NCBI GenBank assembly: GCA_001244265.2
Contig: CDLV01000011.1
Coordinates: forward strand, 434,001-498,000
DNA from: Microbotryum violaceum
Taxonomy: Eukaryota
Direction of reading: 5' to 3'
Length of the DNA stretch: 64,000 nt
A program made the translations under genes and the position numbers. The notes beneath the pieces were generated by a model. That model was not told where the DNA came from. It was given only the letters and a program-made list of their open reading frames with translations, and made no database searches. Each line of letters opens with the position of its first letter. The first letter of the stretch is position 1. Shown piece after piece: positions 1 to 11,517 of the stretch.

Positions 1-1857
1 ATCCCATACCATCGAGCGCGAGAACTGTCGGACGAGCATGGCGTCACGCATCTACTCGTGCCTCTTTTCGACTATGTTCCCCCACCAGGCTACGACTCTC
101 TCGGCGCTGCTGGCCCCAGTGCATCGAGCGCCTCCGCCCCTGTTCACCGTCAAACCGCCAATGTCGCTGCCGCGGCCCAATCCTCACCAGGAGCATTCTC
201 TTCCCCCGTCTCGCGTCGCCCGCAAGAGACGATGTCTGAAACATCCGAGTCGGCCCCTCCTTCGACCCGCAAGCATGCCTCGGCGCGTGCCTCCATCGTC
301 TCGGATGAGAATAAGCGACCGAGGCGGGAAGCGGCTGCCTCGACGAGCCAAGCGAACGGCCATGCCCCTCGCCCCGTCGACGTCTTTGCCAACAACCCCG
401 AAGAGCAATGGAAGTTGCGCTCTTCGTCAGCGCCCCTGTCGAACCAGGCTCTGGCCGAGGATCCGAGTCGGACCGATCGTAACCGCTCGACGCTCAAATC
501 CATCTTTGCCATGGAACCCGAAAACAGCCTCGTCGTTCCCAACTTAGCGTCGAGGTTCCCGGCCGACGTCGACCCCGACACGCCGATCGACGAGAACATG
601 CACACCGCACTGCATTGGGCTGCTGCCTTGGCCCGCATCACGATCGCCAAAGCGCTCGTCAACTTTGGTGCCGACGTCTTCCGGGGGAACAACGTTGGTG
701 AGACGGCGTTGATTCGAGCGGTGCTGGTAACCAACAATTGCGACCAAGATACCTTCCCGGCTCTTCTTGAAGTGCTCGGTCCCAGTCTTCGAACAATCGA
801 CAAGTCCGGTCGAACGGTGATGCACCACGCTGCTCTCGTTGCTGGCGTCAAGGGTCGAGCCAGTTCAGCTCGCTATTACCTAGAGAGCGTGCTCGAGTAC
901 GTCGCGCGCGTCGAAGGCGGTCGATTCCAGGACCTCGTCGATGCCCAAGACAACCACGGGGACACAGCGCTCAACATCGCTGCTCGTATCGGTAATCGGT
1001 CTTTGGTACGAGCCTTGATTGACGTTGGAGCAGACAAGCGCAAGGCCAACAACCTCGGTCTTCGACCAGGGGACTTTGGCCTCGATGGTGTCGGACTCGA
1101 AGCAACAGAAGGAGAACTCGCTATTGAGTCCCTACGGTCCACGCCTTCGACGAACAAGAACGCCGGTTTGAGTGCGCCTACGCACGCTTCGAACGAGGTG
1201 TTGCAGAACTTGACGACAATGATCAAGTCGCTCGAAGCGGACTTCAAAGCCGAATTGGGAAGCAAGGCCGAAGATTTCCAAGCGACGCAAACCCATCTTC
1301 ATTCGGTCACGAAAGAACTACAAGCCCAACGCCGCGAGTTGGATCAATGGCAACAGAAGGCCGCTGCGCTCGATGCGCAACATGCGCGAATCAGGAACCT
1401 CAAACGAGCGATTCACGAAGAGGACCATTTCGACTGGACGGGAAGGACCGAGATCGATGGATCGCCCGCGATCGTTGCTGCTGGCCCTAGTTTCACCTAC
1501 CGAGGTCCAATGAGCGTCCAACTGCCCAACAGCAGCAACGTAGAGTTCGATGCCGATCCTAAACTACCCGCACCTGGATCCGAACGAGAATTGATCCACC
1601 TGATCCGTTTGCAAGGTTGGTACGAACGCGTGTTGGGATTACTCGATAATCGTCTCAGTCGACTTGAAGGTGGGGAGATCGAATTGGAGAACGAGTTGCA
1701 ACGCATCGTCGCGAAGGTTTGTGGTGTTGACGTGGACAAGGTCGATACGATGTTTGAGACGTTGTTCGCGGCGTTGGAGTCGGATGGGTCGACGATGAAT
1801 CAGGCGAGGATTGCGGGTTTTTTGTCTAAGGTCAAGGATGGCTCGTTCGTTCAGTAA
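1..1857 (+). CDS. Swi6/Cdc10/Mbp1-family cell-cycle transcription factor (APSES end + ankyrin repeats + coiled coil); 5' part lies outside the window
   Basis: Frame 1 is open from base 1 (IPYHRARELSDEHGVTHLLVPLFDY, resembling the end of an APSES domain). Ankyrin motifs HTALHWAAALAR, GETALIRAV, GRTVMHHAA, GDTALNIAARIGN; C-terminal coiled coil; TAA at 1855-1857. Confidence 0.88.
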   Translation: MPYHRARELSDEHGVTHLLVPLFDYVPPPGYDSLGAAGPSASSASAPVHRQTANVAAAAQSSPGAFSSPVSRRPQETMSETSESAPPSTRKHASARASIVSDENKRPRREAAASTSQANGHAPRPVDVFANNPEEQWKLRSSSAPLSNQALAEDPSRTDRNRSTLKSIFAMEPENSLVVPNLASRFPADVDPDTPIDENMHTALHWAAALARITIAKALVNFGADVFRGNNVGETALIRAVLVTNNCDQDTFPALLEVLGPSLRTIDKSGRTVMHHAALVAGVKGRASSARYYLESVLEYVARVEGGRFQDLVDAQDNHGDTALNIAARIGNRSLVRALIDVGADKRKANNLGLRPGDFGLDGVGLEATEGELAIESLRSTPSTNKNAGLSAPTHASNEVLQNLTTMIKSLEADFKAELGSKAEDFQATQTHLHSVTKELQAQRRELDQWQQKAAALDAQHARIRNLKRAIHEEDHFDWTGRTEIDGSPAIVAAGPSFTYRGPMSVQLPNSSNVEFDADPKLPAPGSERELIHLIRLQGWYERVLGLLDNRLSRLEGGEIELENELQRIVAKVCGVDVDKVDTMFETLFAALESDGSTMNQARIAGFLSKVKDGSFVQ

Positions 1858-2259
1858 AATAGGAGCGGGATAAATGGGTGTGCTTGTGTTTAGAGAACGC
1901 GGGGGTGTTTCAGTCGAGTACCCATTTTCTTCTTTTGTTCTTGTCTCCTTTCCTTGGTGTCGACGTGGTTTTAAAGGGAGGCTCTTCCTGAATCCTGCCC
2001 TTTTCCTCCCCAAAAAGTGTAGCTACCAGCGGTACTTCTTGTCACTCAGCACTTCCGATTGTAGTCCCATTTTTTTTGCCTAGCACGCTCGAGAGATGTG
2101 ATGATGTTTGCAAATGTAATATATGTTATTGTATGATTGAGCCGACGAGCTACACGGATCTTCTTGTGATCCTGGGGGGGGGGGAACGAGATCAACCTAG
2201 ACCCGCGCCCCGAATTGTCGATATTTTCGCGTCGACCGGCGACCGTATATATCGCGGCC

Positions 2260-2866
2260 TCAAGCAACGTCCTTGCCCGCTCTCCTGTCTTCTCTTCGTT
2301 GAGTGAGCTGTGATGAGGCAAAATGACAAAGTCAGTCTACCGATGTCGCCAAGGAAGAAGCAGAGCCCAGGCCAAAACCGGCACGGACCCATGTCTGCTT
2401 GCAGTCCCGATACTGTGTTGGGAGAGAGGGCGCAACGATCGCCCAAGAACGGATCAGCAAACGAGGTCACATTCCGAGCTTTGATCTGGATACCTAATGA
2501 CTGACTGCTTGAAAGAACTGTGAGAACCCGTCAAGATACAGCTACACGTCAGCGGACGAGACACTTCTCGGCTGTTTTCGAGTCGTCGAAAGTAACGAGT
2601 TTCGTGAGGACTCACGTCGGTGCATTTAGCCTTGTTGTAATTATTCCGGTCGAGGCATTTCATTGATTGCTGAGGAGTTGATTCGTCAAGATCCAACAGT
2701 CAATGATCCTCGCAGTCCGTAGGCCTACATCCTAGGCCTGCTCAGTAGCTGAACGTACCTGCCTCGCAATCTCACACGGATCAGCGAATTCAGACTCGGC
2801 GGATCGACTTCGGAATGCATCGTTGTAAGAACCCGGGGCTTGGCCTGTGGGCTGAGGTGTCGTCAT
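2260..2866 (-). CDS. COX23: Mitochondrial twin CX9C cytochrome c oxidase assembly factor Cox23-like
   Basis: Spliced model MTTPQP...EFADPCEIARQ|QSMKCLDRNNYNKAKCTD|FFQA|YRDCKQTW|LTQRREDRRAGKDVA*, with two CX9C motifs and GT-AG introns. Confidence 0.8.
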
Positions 2867-3315
2867 ATTCGAGGAGGGTGCAATAGAGGTGATGCCGTGT
2901 TGCGGTCGTCAGAGGAGGTCACGGGTCCAGGAACCAGTCAAGTGGGGGTGTTTGGAGCGGATCTATTGAAGTGTTGATGAGTAGATAAGGTACGATGTGT
3001 CGCTTGGATCGTTGAGGGCTTTTCAAGGTGTTGCCACGAGATGCGAAGCGTGTGTGTCGGAATGACGGGGGCGTACGGAAGCCAGGTGGGGAACGACCAC
3101 AGCGGTCGCAAGAGCTCGCCCGGCTCTGGCTGCACGTCTCGCTCTCGATCCTCATATTCGTGCAACACACCCTGACAAACGTAATGCATAGCTTGCTCAT
3201 CCCCCATCTTAGTTCCAGAAATTATGACGAACTCTCCCGAGACGACGCGAGCCTTACAGGAACCGTCCAACAAGGAAGTGCAACTCCCAAGTCTATAAAA
3301 AAAAGACATCGTTCT

Positions 3316-5310
<1,995 letters not shown>

Positions 5311-5436
5311 CGTGTGTGCGGGTCTGTTGAGCGTTGCCTGCCACGAGCGGGAACAGCGGGAACAGCGGGAACAGTCAAACGTTAAACCCCGGCTTTACGC
5401 CCGCCGTCGCACGCCTTCTCACGCGCCTTCCCTATA

Positions 5437-6456
5437 ATGGTCTTTTCGGCTTTTGCTGCAAGGATTAACGCGCCCCCGGAGGGGGCGACGGGTCCCTGAA
5501 CCTCTGACGGAGTAACACCGACTGACAGCGTCAGCTAATTTAATCAAGAACGTGCTAGTGTCTGCATTTGCTGCAAGGTATGCGCCTCTAATGTGCATGA
5601 AATACAATCTGTCGTTCTTGGCCGCTAGGCTAAAAGCAAGTCGTAACTAGAACTTGAGAGTTCTAGCTACTCAGAGGCTACTTATGGGGCTGTTCCTGTA
5701 AGGCATCCCCTTTTACGATCATTTATCGCCGTTTTTTGATCGTCTCTCGCTCAGAACGCCGACTTGTCGAGCTACGTCTCCTCTTCTTCCTTTCGATCTG
5801 GAAGCTTGCCGAGAAATATCTTTATTTTCCTAGTCGGTCGACAGATTCACAGGGTTCGCCGGCGCCGATTCTCGTCGAATCCTTTGGAACCGATCAGCGA
5901 AAGGGCACTCGAAGAGCTCGGCGTCAATTCAGGAGTGCAAGGCTCGCCTTGTGTCTCTGCAAATTACCCAAGGGGGATTTCGCGGGCATGATTGGTTCTG
6001 ACTCCGGGTCAATGAGTCCTGCGCTACTGGCCTAGCCAGTTTGCTTAACTGCATTTCCTCCGACTTTTCCAGAGATTTCTGGGTACTAGGATATAGCGCG
6101 CGGTCCATTTCATTTTGAAAAGGCTCGTTGGCGGTCGCCTGGCGGCGCTCTTGGCAGCTTGGCCTCTTATAGTGCGCGTAGCGCAGAAAAATTTCTGAGC
6201 ATTGAAGAGCTCGTAGAGTAGTCTTGAAAAATTATTCAACACTAGGCGGCCCTCATTTTTGGACATTTTCAGTCAGAATCCGGGAAAAAGGTTGGTCATT
6301 TTGCCTCGAAAAGGACCGTTTTTAGAGGGCCGCCTATGGCTGTGCTTTCGGGGGTCCTGCCTAGCACAGCTATAGCATCCACGGGGGAGAAAGGGTCCGT
6401 GCGCGCGAGCCTGAAGCGGCGCGTCAAATCCTTGCAGCAAAAGCCGAAAAGACTGT
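5437..6456. mobile_element. ~1.02 kb non-autonomous TIR element (Tc1/mariner-pogo-like MITE)
   Basis: ~38-bp terminal inverted repeats (5437-5474 and 6418-6456) with a perfect 27-bp core GTCTTTTCGGCTTTTGCTGCAAGGATT. TA at both flanks (5435-5436, 6457-6458). No convincing ORF inside. Confidence 0.75.
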
Positions 6457-6457
6457 T

Positions 6458-9400
6458 AGTTTCACTCGTTGGAAACCTTACTTGTAAAGTTCCGTACTCT
6501 TTTGCTAGATTGCTGTGGTGAGAATTACAGTATATATTACATAGACAAAAATGACAACTCGGGTAAATGGCTCTGATGAAGCGGAATGAGTGGCGGGGCG
6601 CCACAATGAACCTCTTCTAGCCCAAGGACCTGTTAAGTGATCAAGGAACCAAACTGGTCATGTTAGCTTGGCAATCTCCTGTGGGTGCGATAGACTGGCG
6701 GCTTGAGAATGCGATTGAGCTCCTCACCAAGTTGAAGCCAGTTCAGAAAACGATTTGAATCTGTTGCAGTGAATGGGAGATGCAGTGGACAGGGCAGCGG
6801 TTGGGGGCGCACAGTGACAAGATGCGATGATACCTGCTCATCAGCTTGCGCCCACATCAAGGATCGAGCTTCGAGGTTTCGAGGGACCCACGCATCAGTG
6901 TTCGCGCAATCGATGGCGCTACTCTCTTCCACTGGCAGAGAGATCGTTGTTCCTTCCACCCCTCTGATAAAAACGGCTGTGGGTCAACAGGGGGCTCATT
7001 AACATTTCCCAAAGCCGAAACTGTAGACTGTGAACTTTTCTCGGTCACAGTCAGACCGAACCGACAGACGTACGGACTTTCCCAAACCCACTGGTAATGG
7101 TGATAACTTGATAGTCGGTTTCTGGGGGTGCCGGATGGGAAGACGAGATTCAGCGAATTTGGACTGTAGCGTTTGTCCCGAGCCGAGCCTCGGCACGGTC
7201 ACGCACTCCCGATAAGAATGCTTTCCACCAGCGCATTCGTCGTGTAGTCAGCCACCTTCGCCAAATTGGTGACGCCATACACGAACTCGGGATGACCTTG
7301 AGTCAGCCCAGTGACGACGAGTCGGTCGGGGAATTGTCTCAAGGCAGCTGCCTCCAATGTGGGTGAGTCCGTGACGAGGTAATACACGACCCTCTGATCG
7401 TTCCGCGCGTAACGCTCGGCGAGCTTGTCGGCGCAGTCAAAGAACCGTTGGTGACGTTTGACGGTATTCACCGTATCTATCCCGGAATTCGTCTAGAAAC
7501 CCCCGGGACATCGAGGGCCAAAAAGGAGGGTTGATGGCTTGGGTCAGAATCTTCATGATGAAATGAGGCCAACTCATTACGGCTATCATTTCTCATCGCT
7601 CAGCAAAGCGCTGCTGTGAATAATGCCGAGCCGGGTCTCGCGGTAGACATTCCATGCAGGCTCACCATAGAGCTGTCTCCTGTCCGAATCTGAATTGCGA
7701 TGGAGAACACAGTAGGAAGACTGAACACTGAATCGTATTCAGTAATGAAGCGCATCGATTCGCGCTTGGGCCGGAAGAGGAAGTCGGCCATGCAGGAGTA
7801 GGCGGATGTCCGATCGAACCCCCGTTCCAGCAATGCAGGCTTCACCGCGGAGTAGTCGAAAGAAGTTATGACTCCTCCTCGATTCGTCGAGACCTGTAGA
7901 ATAAAAGTTTTGACGTTGTTTTGATCAGATCCCGTTGAGATGCACGCGAAGGAAGGTCGAGGCGCATTGGAGCGGCATTAAAGTGACGAGCGAGATGCAA
8001 GAGATCACCCCTCCGCAAGCTTACCTGGAGCCAAGGCGGATCGTCCCGCTTCTCAGCGAAAAGTTCTACGCTCAAGTAGTACTCCATATTCGACATCGGA
8101 GGAGCAACCATCTTGAGCAAATCGACGCTATTGATGGTGACCAACTGCGTCTCAAGCACGGATAGACCAGGATGAATCGAGCGTTTCGATATGGGCATGT
8201 ATGGCTGTGCCCAGTCGATCCGGACGGCGTCGAAGAATACTTCGAAAGGCAATACGTCCCAGGTGATGAGTAGTGCTCGGTTGGTGAGAATGGCGTAGAG
8301 AAGCGAAGTGAATATACCCAGCAGTCTATCGAGGTGAGTACGACACTCGAACGAAACGGCGTATCAGCGCTGCGGCTTCTGATGGAGTTGAGTACAAGTA
8401 ACAATCACGCACCGGTCCGAATTGCCGCCGCAAGCGTAGCCTTTCCGACAGCTGAATTCGAGGACCTTGGTGGGACGAGCTCCAGTCACGATCTCGTGAT
8501 GTAGCTTCGCATAATCGGCCATCCATGACGTGTTGCGGCATTGTGAGTGTGGGCGGCCGGTCTGCCATTCGTCACGCAGCGACTCCCACCTGGAAAGGCA
8601 CAAAAGAGGAAGTTCTCACCCTCAATCAAAACCGCCGCCGCTCGGTGCTCTGGAGACGTATCAGAGTCAAACCCACTTTTTACGCGACCCTTTTATATAG
8701 CTCCCTGGTCCTGCACCCGTTCGAACCATCGCGGGCCCTTCGCGGATCCGTGCTGGAACTGGCGAGCTCTGCGATAACCCGACGGGCGCGCCGGTCTGTG
8801 AAAGGGGCCTCGTCGACAGGAGCCATTCTCTGATAGAAACCTCTTCCTGCACTCGAAGGAATGGAAGCGCAGGGGCCGAAGAAAAGGAAACAGGGTCAAC
8901 AACGATGTTCAGGTTCAAGAGACCTGATCACAGCCAGCGACGCGGGCACGGCGACCAGTGCCAAACCTTCGGCCTGTGCTCGAGTCTCACCTTCGTGAGC
9001 GCCGTGACCATCCGAGTGAGACTCTCATGAGGTTCCTGGAACTCCCGCTTGTAGTTCCTCCACATTTCAGCCTCTCCAGACCAATCGAGGCCTTGAGCTT
9101 GCTCAACACCGGACCCAGCCTCGCCCGACAACTCCCATTCGTGCAGGCGCGACAAGACGGTCGCCACGTCGCGGTCTCGGCGCACAACCAGAATGATCGT
9201 CGTCATGACGATGAAGACGATCACCGTCATCACGACGATCACAGGGAGGCCTTTGTGTACATTTCGGATTGTTTTGAAGTGTTGTCTAACGGGACTTGTG
9301 TACGACGTCATCCCTCTCTTGCCAGATCGCAAGTAGGGCGGTTGGAATCGGTCCTCGATAGCTTGCGAGGCGTCCTCCTCACCCTTGTGATCCACGTCCA

Positions 9401-9589
9401 GGTCAAGGTCGACGTCGTACCGACTATCATCTCGATCTTCAACCCTCAGCAGAGGAACGACCACCGCATCATTCGAAAGGGTCATGTGGTCTCGGAGAAG
9501 CGAGTGGGTGTTCGCCGTTCGGCCAGTGTCGTGAACTCGAAAGGGGCAGTAATGCGGGGCCCTTCCTTTAAACTCTCGGCGCGCAAACT
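6458..9589. repeat. Direct segmental duplication, copy A (~3.13 kb)
   Basis: Colinear with 11518-14649 from AGTTTCACT to GCGCAAACT, at an offset of about 5060 bp. Confidence 0.97.
6617..9485 (-). CDS. Putative type II membrane fucosyltransferase-like glycosyltransferase (GT11/GT23/GT37 superfamily), copy A
   Basis: N-terminal TM segment LPVIVVMTVIVFIVMTTIILVV; CGGNSDR|LLGIFTSLLYAILTNRA; motif I-like IQIRTGD; motif II-like YYLVTDS; motif III-like TDYQVITITSGFGK; ends ELASTW|SLG*. Many GT-AG introns; the splice pattern of the 5' exons is uncertain. Confidence 0.72.
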
Positions 9590-9944
9590 GTTGAATGTGG
9601 ACCGGAGGGCTTTAGACGTTCCGAGTAGCTACCGCTGGGAGCTACGGTTGGGTGCGACGACGTGGCAAGAGTTGCGACGGACGGTCCAAACGGAGAAGTC
9701 GCGAGGCGGCACGTGCGCGGTCTGACGAGACGTACGCGGTGCGGCTGGACGATCTGTTCTCTACCGAAGATTAGCAGCTTGGCTTATATTGGGAAGCGGT
9801 GGATATGATTGCAACTAACCTGTGTTCTACCAAAGAGCAGCAGTCTGGCCAATGTTGGGAAGCGGTAGAGAAAGGAAGAGGGGCGCAGGGGCGCGCGAGT
9901 CTGACTCGGTTTAAAGAAGGGAAGCGCGCGAGAGCAGCCCCTGA

Positions 9945-10186
9945 AGGACCCGGGAAAGCTCAGCCGAAGGTGCGTCTCGAAAAACCCCGTTTTTAGGCCG
10001 ATTTGTACACGGAATATCCCATTATAAGGGGTGTACGTATTCCGGCTCAAGACCAGATTATCGGGTTGTGTTGGAAAAATTACTGTACCGTGAAAAATCA
10101 TGTCATGTAGCATATCACAAGGCATAATGGGGCCCGTAAAGTACAAATCTCCGAGACGCACATTGGGCTGAGCTTTCCCGGGTCCT
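9945..10186. repeat. Inverted repeat / fold-back remnant in the spacer between the two gene copies
   Basis: 9945-9979 pairs with 10152-10186 (35 bp, 2 mismatches); inner GATTTGTAC/GTACAAATC pair at ~10000 and ~10141. Confidence 0.75.
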
Positions 10187-10948
10187 GCTGATCCTGCCCC
10201 TGAAAGCCCCGCCGGAGGCGCATTTTTCTTTTTGACACTTTGAGGACCCAGAATCCTGAAAATTGTCGAGGCGCATTGCCAAAAAGTGACATTTTGGAAC
10301 CAAGAACACGTTTTCCCACTAAAACGCCTTTGCAGATTTTGACTATTTCCCGTGGATCGACGTAATTTTGGCCGACCTTGAGCGGCCTTCGGCATGACTT
10401 TGGTCACCTCGGGCAGACATAAAAAGTACGTCTCAACAGACGCGCGCGCAGCGCCCTCCCACGCGCCTTCCAATCCACAATCACAACGGATTGCAACCTT
10501 GCTATTCCAGGTAGCAGATCAGGCCCAGGTTGCGCCCAACTCCCTGCTTCGAGTCGATTCTGTGTACACACAACACTCTCACAGCTGCTAGATTGGCATT
10601 ACTTCCTTCATCTTTTTCTCGCATCTTTCGGGTGTCGTCAGAGTCACATGTCCGAAGCGTCGCGCGCCGGGACTTCGATCCTCGCCTCTGATCCAAAACT
10701 CGTTTAGCAGATGAATGCAACGCTCCAGAACAAGGGTGGCCGACCCCGCATTGGAACCCGACCAATCGACATGACCAGCCCACGTGCACGTGGCACCTCC
10801 TAGATGTCCTCGACTACGTCTACACAGAAGAAAGACTTGGGCCAGCGGGAACCCGATATCATTGACCAATCTCCCTCAGTGACGCACTCCAATCAAATCT
10901 CAATGACGCTTGAGGGCTGCTCCGACGATGTTGACTCGAACGCCGACC

Positions 10949-11227
10949 GAAATACCCAGGCGTCTGGGTAATACCCGACGGCCTGGTATTTCCAAGTGAC
11001 GGCTGGAATTACCACGCGCTTGGGTAAAATCAGCGCGCGCGTGGAAATAACACCCTGCGCCCTGGAAATACCCAGGCGCGTGGTAAAACCAGGACCGTGG
11101 TAAAACCAGGCGCCCTGGAAATACCAGGCTGTCGGGTATTACCCAAGCGCGCTTTTGTAAATACCAGACGAGACCTCGGGTATTCCCCTCCGAGGGTGGA
11201 ATTCCCCGCTCTCTACGGCCCTCAGTG
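10949..11227 (-). mobile_element. Truncated solo left end of the CACTA-like element, inverted
   Basis: 279 bp reverse complement of 14880-15158 (one mismatch seen), ending in GGCCCTCAGTG, with a dense array of GGWWWWWCC subterminal motifs. Confidence 0.85.
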
Positions 11228-11517
11228 TTCGGGGGTTAAACGCGTGCGCGTAGTAGTTTGTAATTACACTTACACCATTTACTCGCGGCATTATGTATGG
11301 ATACATCTCGAGTCTCACTGATTCCGAGTCCAAACTGAAAGGATCAAACGGTGTAATTCGCAGGCGAAGAAAGACTACTAAAACGACTAAGGTCAAGAGA
11401 CGTTGCGGCGTCGCGCGCTAAGGCAAGCGTGACGCCGCTGAGGTGGGCTTGACGTCGTCGTGAGGCGTAGGCGGAGCGACGCCTTACAGTATTCTTACCC
11501 TTCAATTATGCGCCATC

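Noticed and set aside
5410-5431. ~20-bp similarity CGCC.TC.CACGCGCCTTCC shared with 10452-10471, offset ~5040
   Set aside because: Too short and GC-rich to show that the duplication once extended further; the flanks do not align.
8100-8460. Diversity-generating-retroelement-type (adenine-specific) mutagenesis as the cause of the variable patches
   Set aside because: Substitutions involve all four bases (T>G, G>T, A>G, G>C, T>C, C>G, A>T in one patch), and no reverse transcriptase is present.
8958-9725. 255-aa and 230-aa plus-strand ORFs in both duplicate copies
   Set aside because: They are antisense shadows of the GC-rich first exon of the glycosyltransferase gene.
9784-10473. 229-aa minus-strand ORF
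   Set aside because: It overlies the inverted-repeat remnant, has a non-ATG start and shows no recognisable protein features.
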